Origin: Amphiscolops sp. MND2022
Lineage: Eukaryota
Direction: 5' to 3'
Assembly (NCBI GenBank): GCA_964187785.1
Contig: OZ076409.1
Location: forward strand, 46,998,001 to 47,062,000
Length of the DNA: 64,000 nt
Part shown: in pieces, positions 1-13,605 of the stretch
Position numbering within the stretch: position 1 is the stretch's first letter
Layout of the letters: each line of letters begins with the position of its first letter
Notes under the pieces: generated by a model
The model's input: the letters and a program-made list of their open reading frames with translations, nothing else
The model's database searches: none
What the model was told of the DNA's origin: nothing
Position numbers and translations under genes: made by a program

Positions 1-1379
1 AATAATAATCCAAAATGACAAAATACGTAATTTGTTTTCTAGTGTTCTAATCCGTTTTCGACTCTCTGGCACCGCACACGCGTCTCTGGCCTGTTTTGCA
101 GTATCGTATCTGCACATATGTTACAGCCGATTTCACTCCACCCGATTTCACAAAATATGTGTCCGTCATCAGAGCAAGCGTTCCATATCGTTCGAGACTG
201 TTGGTTTTGGGCCTTTAGCCAACACAAAGATCAGAGGGTTGAAAATCTATTTACGAATTTAATGATTGATTCCTCATTGATTTTTCTCATTTTGGGAAGT
301 CTTGGTGTAGACATCTTTGATGGAATAATGGCTTTCGTCAGTGAGTTGAGAGTTAGTTTTTCACTGTTGTTTTGAAGTCCAGTCTTGCTTTTTCGATGGT
401 CGTACGAAGGGTTCAGTTTCTATTTCATCTGTACATACGCATCTATGATGGCACCATATTTTATGTGACAATAGCTTCCCTCTAGGCCATGGAGAATGTA
501 AAATTATCACATTGGACAGTTCACAAGGTTTTTCTTTCGCGTTCCAGCTGAATCGACAGCCAACTATATCCCGAGATTTATATTTCGTCTAAATGAGTCG
601 AACTTCTTGAACTCAAACTTGCACGAATCCTTAGCAAAAAATATTTTGAAATTTTTTGGTGAGTGTTTTGAGAACACTTTTTGTGCAGTTTTAGTAGTGG
701 TAAAGGCTTCAGTGGCGGAGCCCCAAGGGCCTCGGAGCCGGAGACTGTATCGATAACTGGATTTGTGCTTTTCATAGCAGTTCCCATAAATATTGAATCC
801 GCAGAAAATTTTCGTGCAACTGATGTCTTCTGAGTATTGTCCAGACGAGTACCAGTAGAATGTTTGCAGCCGCCGTTTTAGACCTTCAGGTTCGTTAATG
901 TTGACATACTTGGTAGGAATTTTAGTCTATAGTGGAGTCCTGTACCAAAATGTGTTTTGTCCACCAGAGAAGTTTTGTCAGAGGACTGTCTTGAACTTTC
1001 TACCAAATCTACGAATTCTTTCAAATTTACTTCAAACTTGCCGTCCATGACTCCTGCTGACATGGGCAGTATGCATCTCGTTACAGAGGCTAACTGGTGA
1101 GATATTCAGAATAATAGCAGCTTCTTGTGGCAATTTTGTATTTACATTCACGGAGACTACATGCTTTCTTGCATCTCATAGCAGCTTGTTCTTTTCACGT
1201 TAATTTGCTTGTGATATCTTCCAAAGCCCTTCTGATCTATTACGGACTCGGACTCATCGGTCAGTGGAACGCTCAATTCACCTGTAAGTGACAGGAAAGT
1301 GCATTTTCTTCGTTTCAACCAGTGTTATGTTCAGACCTGGACGACACCCGGAAATCGAATAGTATTTTCGATCTCATGG

Positions 1380-1900
1380 GGGACGTCGTTAACCATCAGA
1401 CCATTCGGAACATAAAGGTCCAAATAGAGAGCTCTGCGGAACGCCACTGCTCACAGCAAGTGCATTCGTGACATAACAGTCGATGGTGACATTTCGCTTT
1501 TTGTTTAGTTCTGCATGACTCGTAATAACTTTCCACCTACTCCATGGTGTTTGCATAGTTCAGAAGACTGCAGTACTGAGTCGAAAGCTTTCAGAAAGTC
1601 AAGATATAATACTTACAGTTCTTTGTTCTGAGGAGATACTGAAGTGTTCGTAAACATCATTCGAGATCATTGGAGTTATCACATATTTCTTTTTACATAA
1701 GCCATTTTGATCTTGAATTTCACATGTTGGTATAGATCATCGAAGATGTTTTTCTCGAATACGTTCGAGGTAGAACATGAGTGACTGACAGGCATATATT
1801 TTTTTCATCAGTACGATGAAACAGCGACTTTCTTAGTGATGACGATATCACATATCCGGTTTTTCAGGAGAATATCACAGAGGCCGTCAGATGCTGAGGC
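1380..1900 (-). pseudogene. Decayed non-LTR (LINE) reverse transcriptase fragment
   Basis: Minus-strand translations in the correct order: KYMPVSHSCSTSNVFEKNI (~1800-1750, resembles NYRPISLL..SKVFEKII), VLYLDFLKAFDSV (~1612-1574) and AVSSGVPQSSLFGPL (~1457-1413). Broken by frameshifts. Confidence 0.75.
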
Positions 1901-2277
1901 TCTTTTCAAGTGGAGCAGCACGTTTGTTGAAACCAAAAATTAGATGTTAAGTTCTTTCGAAGTTCCAATCGACTGGATCATCGTGTTGATGCACATTGAT
2001 AAAGTCGAGCTCTGAGAAACATACACTATTCTTTCGCCAAATGGGTCTGTTCTTCCATAGCCGTGCTCGTCGAAACCCTAGCTCTATCGAAAATCTACCA
2101 GTGATATGTTACCAATTTAAACATCTAGCTTTTCGGCAGAATGAACACTTCGGGTCACTATTTGGTCCATATAGTTAATGAATTAAAGTCAGGATAGAGT
2201 TGACAGAACGTCTCGAAAGTAGATTTTTAATCCCCGTATATACATAAGTGTTAACTTCTCAAAACTGACTCTTTTAA

Positions 2278-2785
2278 CCTTAAGTTGGCCAGGAAAATTC
2301 TTGTTCCATCCAAAAATCGGGTGCTTCAACTTTAAACCGCAATATCTCCTGAACTATTCAAGTCCGAAAAACGATTTATACAGCGTTCGAAAGAGGAGCA
2401 CCAGGGCTTTCGAATCAATTTTTAAACTGCTGGGCTGGGCACTGGCTCCGGACTTTGCGCCAAAACTTTGCACGCGTCGTGTCTCTGCTTGCTTTTCAAC
2501 ATGTTTCAAAACATTCTGAGGCCGCTTTGACCCAATGTTGATACCAGTGGGTTAAAAGGGTCAGAAACGAAAAATGGAAAATCTGCAGTCATTTTTTTTG
2601 AATTTTTTGTCTTCTTTTCTGGATTTCGGAGACATCACGTCAATATTCCGTCAAAAGGCGCCGAATGCTATGCAATATTGTCTGAAAATCTTATTCAAGA
2701 GTTTGCTTTACCATACAATCAGCTGGTGCGTTTAGAATTTGCAGAAAATAAATGTGCCAAATTTGGCACATTGGCCAAGTTAAGG
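2278..2785. mobile_element. piggyBac-like MITE (non-autonomous)
   Basis: TIRs CCTTAAGTTGGCCA (from 2278) and TGGCCAAGTTAAGG (to 2785) match 13/14. TTAA lies on both sides (2274-2277, 2786-2789). No coding capacity. Confidence 0.75.
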
Positions 2786-3330
2786 TTAATGGTCAACTCT
2801 GTTCTGCGGATCTCAATCTGTTGCGTCGATCGAGTTTAATTCCGCGCCCGTATTTAAACAAATTCCCAGTGTTCCAAATATTCTATATAGCCTAGGGCCT
2901 GTAAAGTTGGTCATCAGGTCCGCAGAAGCAGTTTTTTCTCTTTTTATTTCGAAGCTACTCAGTGATGTCTTCTGGTGGGGAATAGGGATTGAGGTGGGAT
3001 ACAGTTACAGAACATTTTGAAATCCTCTCACTAGTCATTTAATTTTTTCCCAGCATTTTCAATAATGACATGACAACTATGTTGCAAAATTCCACTTGAT
3101 TTACATTGCTTGGCGGTTGTAAAAATGTTTAATAATCATAGCTATTTCACACCTAAATTAAACACTGAATAGCAAAATTTGAGAGGCAAGTTACTGTTCG
3201 GAAAAATTACGTTTTAAAGCTCTGATGTCTTTATCATTAGAATGGACGTATCGCAATTGCGTGGTTCTGCCGGAAATTTTCTAATCTCAAGGCATTTTAA
3301 GTATTATTGCAAGGCAAAAATTGAATTCAG

Positions 3331-6300
3331 GTTGATCTTAAAGTAATGGACGATTTGATCATATATGCCGGTTTGACTGATAATATTGGCACTGAAGATG
3401 AGTATGCAACCGAAGATGATTTTGTTGAAAGCAGTCCCGGATTCGTCATGGGAACGGACCCAAGAGCTCCTCATTTTGGACTGTGGAGATTGATAACGTC
3501 GACACGATTAGAAGATAATTTATCAGGAGATATAGTAGTAGATGAAAATACCTACAAAGTTGAACGCTATAAACTGGGTATTGCCGAGGGTCCTAATGAA
3601 ATTACACGAAACAAAGCTCTGCCATTGAATCACAATGTTGATGTCATGAACGGTGTTTGCTTCTCGAAAGGGTGCTATCTCGGTCAAGTAAGTTTTTCCT
3701 TTAAAATTTCATCCACTCAAATGTTTGTGTACAGCCAATTTTTTCCTGCAGTATCTCTTTGACAACAGTGAGCACTGAAGACTATTTTACTATAAATCAA
3801 GCATACTTTATTAACTTAATGCATGTAAAATCTGAGATGAGCTACGTTTCACGATGAAGTTTGTGGTGCTTCTCTGACTGTTACTTTCTTTGCAGCTAAT
3901 TTGAATCGATCCATCCCGCGCACCCGTTCAAAGTGCTCCTGACTCTCAAAACCCAGCCATGTGTACATTGTGTCATCTTTGTCAGAGGAGGCTAGAGCAT
4001 GTTCCCTCAAGATAACCAGCTGTTCCGGTGCATCTGGATAGTTCTGGAACTCCCTGGCGGCTGTGCCGTTATTGAAAATGAAGTTTTGTCTCAGAGCCAT
4101 TCGCTGTTTAGGTCGTTTTTCCTTCTCCATTGCATTTTCGGGATTTTCTTCTGGTACTGGTACTGGCTGCTCAACGGGCTTCAAAAGCCCTGAAAGTTTG
4201 GCCATGAAAATGTCTTGTGCTTTCACTGATTTGAGAAATTCACTCGTCGTTTGAATTTTGCTGAAAGTAAAGTATTGCTAAAGGTTCAAAAAGAGTGTTT
4301 GAAATATGAAAGATATACTATTGTGAAAATCGTTATCATTTTACAGTGCCGTAAAGCGAAAATGCCCCAAGGGATACACATAAAACACGGAAATAGCCTT
4401 TTCCATAACTCGAAACATCAAAAAGCCTAATTTTTTTGGAAAAAAGTCTCAGTACCTAGCCCTCCCTCGAGGCCAAGTTGCATGTGAATTGCATACGAAT
4501 TGGAAGTTATAGAAATTTTTCAGTTCGCTGATCTAAGAAAGCCACTGCTATGTAGCCTGTGTTTCCTAAGAAACCGCCGACTAAAACCAAATAGACTTTA
4601 GAGGATCATTTTTAGTCGGCGTTTTCGAAGAAAATCCCGACTCTTACAGTGGCTAATTTTTTTTTTCGTCAGTTCAACGCGTAACGTCCACTTTTTGTGC
4701 ATTAATGCACATTTACCAACTTTTACCATATGTGCTTAGTACTTCATTTTCAACGCATCCAAAGCCTCTAACATGAGATAAAAAGCCATTCCAAAGCAGA
4801 AGGGTCCACTTTTTCGACACTGAGACTTTCCTCCTTTTTTTGGCACTGTGACACTGATTTTTTCCGAATTTTTTTAAATTGTTCCTCCCATCAATTTTTG
4901 ATATTTTGCAACAGAATGGATGTTCAAAAAATCCCAAAGCGTCCCCCCTTTTACATTTTTCGGCACTATGCGACTTACCGGAAACTTCAAAAAAATTCGG
5001 AAATTTTTTTTCTCAATTTTTAGTTTGAGAGCTTTTGTTGTCTCCAGTTGTAGAAAAAGTGGTTTTCGTCTTTTTGAGCCTTAGATATAGCGCCGACTTG
5101 GGCCGTTCCCGGCTTGTTAGTCATTGTTTTTTTGCAGAAAAAGCAGTCTATTACACGGACTAGTTTTGTTTCTTCAGTCTCATTTCGAAGTGTCTATTTT
5201 TTAGTCGGCGCGTATATTTTTTAAGCTGACTTGAACTAACACTAAATGCCACACTACTTCTACTGGGACTTGAGATAGAGGTTAATTAGGCTTTTTTGAG
5301 GTCCCCTTTTACATTTTTCGGCACTATGCGACTTCCCGGGGACCAAAAAAATTGAAAAAAAATCGATTTTTTTCAATTTTTTCCTCATGCGGGTACTGTA
5401 GAAGAGAATACTTGACACTTTGAAGTCCTTTTGCTATTTTTGAGCCTTAGATATGGCTCGTTTCCCGGATTGCCCTGTATTTCTTTATATTTTGTGTTTC
5501 ATTTTTTTCTCGGGAAATGCTCCGCAATGTTTTCTCTTTATTATTATTATGCATGATCTCTTGTTATATTTTCCATCTCATCAACCATACCTTTTTGATG
5601 ATCCTGCTGTTTTTGCTCGTGTTTGTTTGGCTTCTTCCAATTCTGGCTTTTGTTTGTTGGAATGACTTGTGCTGGCCCTGATGATATTTCGAAGCTCGGC
5701 ATTGCCTATTTTGCGACTTGAGGAAGTCCAGGTGTTCCTGGGTAAGCCTTTGGAATCGGCTCCGGTCGTCTTAGCAGTAGCTGCCCTGGACTCTGCTTCA
5801 AAACGCATCTGATCAAGTTTCAGCTGATGCAGTTTCCGGGCATATCTCATCTGGACATTTTCTATGTTGAGCCTTGTCACATGCCGCTCGTTTTTGATCT
5901 GTTTCTCGAAAAGTTGGTTATTGATCACGTCTGTCTTGTTCATTTTATCCGCTTTCTTATGGGCTCTAATGTCCGCTTTGATTGCATAATTGGCCAACGT
6001 GCTTCCTCTGAGCTCCCTGAAGTCAGTTCTATGTTTAGTATACATATAGTTTAGTATAGTGAAAAGATTGTTTTCTGTTTTGAATTCATACTGGTGAATT
6101 CATTGCTCATCAACGGAACAGTTATTCCAAATCATGCAAATTTTTTTGTCTTCGTTGTTTGATGCGAAATCTTGGAAAGATTTGATTGCAACCATCATCA
6201 ACTTCGCCATTGATCACCGATGTAGCTAACAGCTGATTTTTACTTCCAATTAGCAGTCGAGGTGTCCCTTAAATGAGGAATCTTCTAGTGGCTAGCACTG

Positions 6301-7373
6301 AAAGGGTCACGTGTGAGTGTCGTTCGAAGTTTTACTTCCCTATTGATTTTTGAGTGCTGAATGAAAAATAAAAATCAAAATACCTGTTCAAAAATTGTTC
6401 CAGTCTCTGAATTCTTGTAGTATCAGAAATGTTGTTTCCAGACATATTGTTGCAGGTTTTATCAGCAGATCATTGGTAATCTCAGACAATAGTGACACCC
6501 AAGTTAAAAACTTGTAGAACCATAAACTGGAATTTTATGAAGTTTTTGTCGAACTAAGCTGAAAATAATTTGCAATCACAGCGACTAGTCAAATATTTTC
6601 AGCTTTGCTTTTCACCGCCTTTAAGCGAAACTATCTGTAGAACTGAAAAAATTTGGTTTGTTTTCAAAGTCTACTGAATGTGTAAAATCATAATTTGGCT
6701 AATTACAAACATCATAGCAAAGGTTGTCTTTGTTGAACGAGCATTTCAAGTGCTGCTGCTTTTTGGCATTATTTGTATGGCCTATCAAACAATCAGAAAG
6801 CTCAAAGTGAAGTAAATGTTTGTGGGTCTAATTGCTTCATAATTTGCAGCTGTTTGTGGTTACTCTTTCGCCCCAGGTAATTTTGGGAGTTTTCTGATGA
6901 CATCATTTGACCAGCTGAAGTACGACTGTACAGTCAAGAATTAAAAATGAAACCTCATTGGCTCAGGACCTTGACACGAAATATTGAGAAAGCGATGCCA
7001 ACGAATAAAAAATAAGCCCATGTATACCAGAATGGTTTCGACTATTGCAGCTGAGAATCTTGAGACTTGACCGATGTTGGCATTGATCCCTTGTGCTGGA
7101 TTTGACAGTGCTCAGAATATTGAAATCTAAACCTCACAAAATGGGTATTGATGACAATTTGAAGAATCTGTGTATTTTAGATATACCTTTGGATGTCAAG
7201 CTATTCCGATTCCTCGAACAATTGGACTCGTCGAATAATTTTCTTCCCAATATCAACCAACTTTCTTGATTTTTCTGGAGAACAACTGTTGCTTAATTTT
7301 TAAACGTTTGGCATGTCAAATCGGTTTTGAAAAAAATTTGTTCGTACTTGTATACCGTAAACCATTTCCAGGT

Positions 7374-7429
<56 letters not shown>

Positions 7430-8720
7430 GAAAAGTTGCTGGAAGTAAACTTGCTACAAGCTCATTTGATGGTAGTTTCTTCTGCTTAGGTCTTTCTTAT
7501 CAATCAGGGTTAGGAGCCCGTTGATTAGCGGATCATCAAAATTTTATTAGATAATTGAATTCGCGGTCTCCTTTGTAATGCGATTTTTCAAGAGTACGAA
7601 TGATAATTGTCCCGGACATGGACTGTTTGGAAAAAAATTGTGGGCATTTGTTGAGATCATTTGAAATTTACTAATGACAGGAGACTTTTGAAACCACTAT
7701 AAATTCGGTATTTTAAACTCTATACGTTTTCCAAAACAACCCTTTTTGGGGCAACCCGTCAATACAGAAAACAAGACGAGAGCGCTTCTTCAAGGATTCG
7801 CTAAGAGGCCATTTTTGAGAAATTTCAGAACAGTCGCACAGTGCTGAATTTTTCACGTTGTTTCAAAATAGCTGAACATTCCAAGCGGAAAAATTCCAAG
7901 GCCTGAAAAATGATCCTTTAGTCTGTAAGTTTTGTTCAAAAGGTGAAATACTATATTGGCCTGGAGGGGACCCTTAAGGTGTTTTCAAGAATTTCGCTCG
8001 GAGTTTGAAAAAAAATCTAACAACTTTATTTATGTCCGCGTTCCATACGTTATATATGGAACATATTCATAGTATTTGTTAAATGAGAATATAGTAGTCT
8101 AGTTCAGTTTGAAATTTCGGCGTTGAATCTCCAACTTCTGCGCGGCGAGACAGGAGAAAATTCGCTACATTGGAATTTTTGGCAATGTACAGTATCCCTG
8201 CAAACTCTATTGTATAGTTTAATATAGAATTTTTTTCACTGAGTGGCATTTCAATCAGTTCCGAAGGATGTGGATTCAAATGCCGCTCAATGCAAAATTC
8301 GGAAATTCATTTTTCGGAAATTCATTTTAAATATTTATTTGGATCCAATTCAATTTCATTCACTTTATGTGGCGGAAAATGTATATTGTTGCGTTCAGTT
8401 CAAGTGACAATCGTTGCCGTGATCTGTTTCATCAAGTTGTGATTTTGCTTCAGGAGTTGACTGCTCGTACACATCACACGGGTGTGATCAGACGGAGAGT
8501 GTTTCCAGTCCAACTGTCTAAGCCGATTCCCGGAAATGACGGACCCTCAAATCTAGTTTTGCACCATGAAGAAGATGGGTCTAAAATGGGAAACATGATA
8601 TGCACGCAAGGAGTTCATGGACTGGCCATGCTGAAAGTTGATCACTCTTTCAAGCCTATGCGAGCTCTTTCAGACACTATTGTGACACCAACGAAACCGT
8701 TTTGGTACCCTAGAAGTTGA
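3331..8720 (+). CDS. IBA57: IBA57 / CAF17 / YgfZ-family mitochondrial Fe-S cluster assembly factor, last two coding exons (3331-3687, 8454-8720); 5' exons not identified in window
   Basis: The family signature KGCYLGQ|ELTARTHHTGVIRRR is rebuilt across a phase-0 GT-AG intron (donor GTAAGT 3688, acceptor TTCAG ending 8453). Also DPR and RYKLGIAEG...LPLNHNVDVMNGVCFSKGCY motifs. Confidence 0.93.
3849..6045 (-). CDS. Nested two-exon hypothetical protein (exons 6045-5591, 4260-3849; ~288 aa) antisense within the last IBA57 intron
   Basis: ORFs 5581-6045 and 3849-4226 join in frame through donor AG|GTATGG (5590) and acceptor CTTTCAG (4261), phase 2. AATAAA on the minus strand at 3812-3807, just past the stop. 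Confidence 0.7.
4612..5116 (+). mobile_element. HINE/DINE-1-like non-autonomous element inserted in another repeat copy
   Basis: Starts TTTTTAGTCGGCG with adjacent inverted CCGACT. Ends GCGCCGACTTGGGCCGTTCCCGGCTTGTT. The empty-site equivalent is present in the inverted copy at ~16340-16360. Confidence 0.7.
7376..7427. repeat. (CT)26 microsatellite
   Basis: Perfect CT dinucleotide run. Confidence 0.98.
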
Positions 8721-11700
8721 ATGTTTGAAACATTTACAATGTTTAACATAAATAATCAGAATAAAAAGACTCAATTTACATTTGCCGCAGAATTTTTTCC
8801 ACTACACTAAAGTTTGAAACTGATTAGATACGAAATCCCGCCCTTTGGTGATGATTTGGTGGAAACTTCAAACAAAGCGTAAATCCCTGGAAAAAAATCC
8901 AAAAACCCTTTTAAGGCTTAAAGTTACTATTCTATTCGGCGCTTTATGAAATAAAACGACTATTGTGACTATTCGTCTCATTCTCAGTCTGCGCTTTCTT
9001 AGCAAGAGCAGAATATAGTGGTGACTTTTTTGAAAAAAAATTAAGACCAACGAACTGACAGATTTTATAAGTTTCTATAAGCTGTTGCTTAGTAACTTGT
9101 AACTTCTACTGCCACGTGGCACAGAGGTTAATCCGGATTTTTTGAGGTCTGAGAAGCAGAATAAACGTGGGTTCCAGTCTCGCAATTTTTTTATGCTTGC
9201 AAATGTAGAGGGGAGACCAAAAGATCCCCCCTTCGGGTTATTTTTCTGCACTCTGCGATTTTTTCTGAAGTTTTTCTATTATATTTTGTAAAAAAAAATC
9301 GAATAAAATTTTACGCGGAGTTTTTTCCTAGAATTTTCTGATAACAAAAACGTTTATCGAGTCCTAAAAGTGCCATCTTTGGTTATTTTTAGGTCCTGTG
9401 GGACTGATGAGAGTTTTCGCAATACCTGTGGAATGGACCTACGGTTTATCGGCACTGTGCGACTTCAAAACTTTTATTTGGTCAAAGGGTACCTATCCCC
9501 TTCTTTAAAAAATGCCTCGTTTTGTGAACTTGTTGAAGGATCTCCTGGAATTTCAGGCATTGTGAGACTTCCGGAAAGAAATACATTTGACATTTTTTCA
9601 AAAATGGGGTTTTGATGTTTCGAGCTACCGTAAAAGCGTTTTTCGAGTCTTATGGATACCCCTTCGGGTATTTTTTGGTGCTGTGAATTCGATATAAATT
9701 TCCACAATACTGTCTCTATGCATATTTATGAAACTTTGCATTTTGAAACTTGAGTCCACTTGGGCCGTTTCCGGCTTGTTTCTTATTCAATCCAGTCGGA
9801 GTGACCATTTCATGCCGAATGCCAAGTTATCCAAAATTCTACAAACTGGCGAATTAGTCGGATGAGTCTCCCCATTTCTTTTTTTCACATACATTTTAGG
9901 ATTGAATAAGTTTGATTTCGAAACCTAGGTTAGTTTCGGAACTGTGGGACTTTTCCCCCGAAAACTTGAGCCCCCAGAGTATGGGCATTTTTGAGCCCCC
10001 AGAGTCCTCTCGCACTTTGGTTTTTTGGTTTCTGGTGGGAAAAGAAGCACAAAAATTCTTTCAGTCGAGAATCCTTGACGATTTGGTGTAAACTAATCCG
10101 AGGGAGCCCTTGGATGCACTTCATGTTAGGCCTACTCAAAAATCGGACTTTTCCCCAACTTAAAACATCAAAATATTCATAACAGAGGAAAATTATTTGG
10201 AATTTTTATTCGAAAAAGCCGCAGGGGAAAGAAGCCGCACTGTGCCTGAAGAGCAGAAACGAAACCCTTTTGGATTGAAAGTTACGTTCTTAACAGAAAA
10301 CAAGCCGGAATTCGCCGAAGTCAACGCCCCGCTCGAGGCTCAAATTCATCGAAGTTTCCAAAATATGCTCCAAAACAAATATAGAGGAAACTCATCAATC
10401 TCACACTAAATAACCGAAGAGGTCAACATTGAGATTCAAAAAACCGTTTTTTATTACTGAAAACCTGCCAAGACAGAATTTGTAGAAAACATTTCTTCGA
10501 AGGAGGAATTTTCGAATGAAACAAATTCTGTGAAAAATCGCAGTGTCTAAAGAACTCAAAGGGAGCCCGGTCCCTTGATCTCCCTTCCACCTTCGGAAGC
10601 ATAAAAGAAATGCTGGTTGAGCACGGGACTCGAGTCCGCTATTTCCTGCTTCCCGGGCCCCGTCACACCGTACGGAAACCGCGTTAACGTCTAGACCTAG
10701 TGGAAAGTATCATCTAGCTTTCCACCAGCATCTAGTAGCTTTTGCTGGTACAAGAGTTGAAAACTTCTCGTGCCCGTGTTAAAACCCAGATTTTTGTTTC
10801 TCAACAAAACAAAAACCGGGAACGGTATGAGTGGGTGCTCCGCTTAAGGCTCAAACATAGCAAAGGACTTCAAAGTGGTAAGTATTTTGTTCCATAAAAC
10901 CCGAAAAACGCAGAGGAGGGCCGAATTGGTGCGTGATGCTTTTTTAAACATCCAATCCAATCTAGTGCCAGATATATTATTTACTTGACTATTGTTGACG
11001 CATACTCGCTCCAGTATGACGTATGCTCAGAATCTCATTCCGCACAGTGACGTAGGCTCATTCTAGTAAATTCCGCATAGTGACGCAATTAGTCACTAGT
11101 AACTAAAATAGAAAAAGAAAAAAATCTGAAAATTTGAAAATAGAAATTTGAAAAAAATCTAAAATAGTCAACTAAGAAGACTGAAAATATCCCGGTGCTT
11201 AGCGGGCGTGTTGTTCAATTTGGCCGCTTGAATATTTGTAGAACTATTTTGGTCAGTTTGTGGATTGAAAAAAAGCCAGTTGTAATGCTGTTTCACTTCG
11301 TGAAGTGCCGACTAAACATAAATGTGGGTCTGTACTGAATCGACTTGGTCCAGAAATAAATTGAATGAACTGGCTCTAAAGTGTAACAAGATGTCAATTA
11401 ATTTTTCAATTGAAGTATTCAAAAAGATTTTTCTTTTGACAAAAGGTGCTTTGAACAGTTTAGTTATTTCTAACTTCAAAAATGAATCGATGTTTAAAAT
11501 TCATGATTGCTGAAAGTCTCCTTTTTTCTGTAGCATATTCGGAGAAATTCCTTTTTTCCGACTATTTTTCAGTTAGTTTCAGAAAATGCTACTTTTTTTC
11601 AGACGATTTTACAATCGAAGATCCCCTTTGATTTTTAGCAGGAACGAACGGTAATTTTTTTTGTTTTTTTTTCCAATTTTCCGTTTTTTTCCGAGGATTT

Positions 11701-12142
11701 TTGTAAAGAAAACCCTTTTTCGAGTCCTCAGGGTGACCTTATCGATTATTTTTGGCCCTGTGGAACTGATGAAACTTTTCTCAGTAATGGTCGAAAATAC
11801 CTTCGGTATTTTTCAGCACTGCGCGGCTTTTCTTCAAAAAATTGTTTTGTTTGGTTGTACTTCCTTCACTTCTGTAAATGTTTTCGGCTTGAAGAAAGCG
11901 CTTTGCTAGCTTAAAGTTCCATTTCCGCACTATGAGACTTTTTTCTGGTGGGTTTTTTGGTTTCCAGTTAGGAAAAAAGTTATTTTCGAGCCTTATTCGC
12001 TTATCGCATTTCATCACTTCGGGTATTTTTTATGCACTGTAAAATTAATAATATTGTAACAATAGGGTCTTTTGCATGTTCAAGAAATTTTTCTCTGTTT
12101 TTCTTGAACGTGCGGGGCGCGAATGCTTGCAAATTCTATTTT

Positions 12143-13530
12143 GTTATTTATGCGATAGCAGGAATAATATTCAAATCTGAACTTTGCAACTTTTTTCGTG
12201 CGCGATTCTATTGCTTACTGAAAAATTCTGATATTTTGTTCGGCAGTGATCATAAGCGTGAGATTTAAAGTATGCATTCGCACGCCGAATTCATTGAGAG
12301 GAAGCGAGCAAATGTGTGTAATTATGCTTTCGTACGCCGAATTATTGAAATTAAGCGAACGAGTGTTAATTATTTGTTCGCCGAGAGCTTCGCCTGTGTT
12401 CAAATGTTAACACGAAACTTCGTCTACGCTTAGTAGTTATATTTTCTTTAGTCCTAGAATTTAAGACGATTCAAACTGGTACATTGAGTAATTGTGCGCT
12501 ATATAATGATTAAACAGGGGTGTTTAATTATTCCAGATATGCTTCTATCAATAAGTATGAAAGCCTAAAAAGCAGAAATAGTACTGTGCCTCGCAGGGGC
12601 CTTATTTTTATTATTTCTGCGATAGCCGGAATTTTTTTGAAATCTCAAGAATTCAACTTTTTTCAGTAAAATTTGTGTCGTGACACTGAAAAATTCAGAT
12701 ATTTTTTTTCTGCAGTGAGTATTGGCGTGAGGTTCAACTGAGCATTTCCTTGAGACTTTGCGCTTGAGCTTTGAGCAGGGCATCGATTTTAGACGGTCCC
12801 GTCTTGTTCTTTTTTATTATTTCTGCGATAGCAGGAATATTATTGGAATCTGAAGATGTCTACTTTTTTTCAGTAAATTTCTTCGCACGATACTAAATAA
12901 TTCAGATATTTTGTTCGGCAGTGACTGTAAGCGTGAGAATTAAATTTTCAAACTGCCGACGACGACAATTCGTTTCTCATGCGATGGAACGAGCGAGTGG
13001 TAATTATGCTTTCGTAAGCCGAGTTTTTTGAGATGAAGCGAACGAGTGTTATTAATGAGAGCTTCACCTGAATTCAAATGCGAATGTGAAACTTCGTCTA
13101 CGCTTAGTTGTTATATTTGCTTTAGTCCGAGATATAAAGGCGGTATAAACTTGTACCGTGATTAATGATTACGTACCAAATAACTTACGAGCAAATAACA
13201 AACAAAATTGTTTCAAATTACATAAAAATAAAACCGAATACCCGGTTAAACAATCGAACTCAGAAAATTTTATCGGTAATTTGCACAATTTTTCAGTGAA
13301 TCTTTTGAATTGTGAATGCTTTTGACCACTAAAACTTTCTCTCAAATGCGAATGCGATACTTTGTCTACGCTTACTAGTTATATTTTCTTTAGTCCGAGA
13401 AGAATTAAAGGCGGTGTAAACTGGTAGTGATCAATTGTTCGCTATATAAATGATTAAGATTTGCTTCTTTTATTGAACATGAAAGCCTAAAAGCAGCAAT
13501 GAAACTGTGACTCTTAGGGGCCTATTTCTA
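12143..13530. repeat. Degenerate local tandem duplications of a several-hundred-bp unit
   Basis: TTATT..TGCGATAGCAGGAAT recurs at ~12146, ~12611 and ~12818. AAACTTCGTCTACGCTTAGT..TTATATTT recurs at ~12415, ~13089 and (variant) ~13360. Confidence 0.7.
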
Positions 13531-13605
13531 AATTAGAAGTTGTTCAACTAAACGAATACTTCAGAAGCGCATCTAAGTTAGTGCGAAGAGCCCCCTTTCA
13601 TTATA

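Noticed and set aside
240..1283. Minus-strand coding-like stretch after an acceptor-like CTTACAG
   Set aside because: Multiple stops and frame breaks and no recognisable family; a gene call cannot be supported.
6700..7110. Minus-strand hydrophobic peptide with a possible short intron
   Set aside because: No clean start or spliced model could be built.
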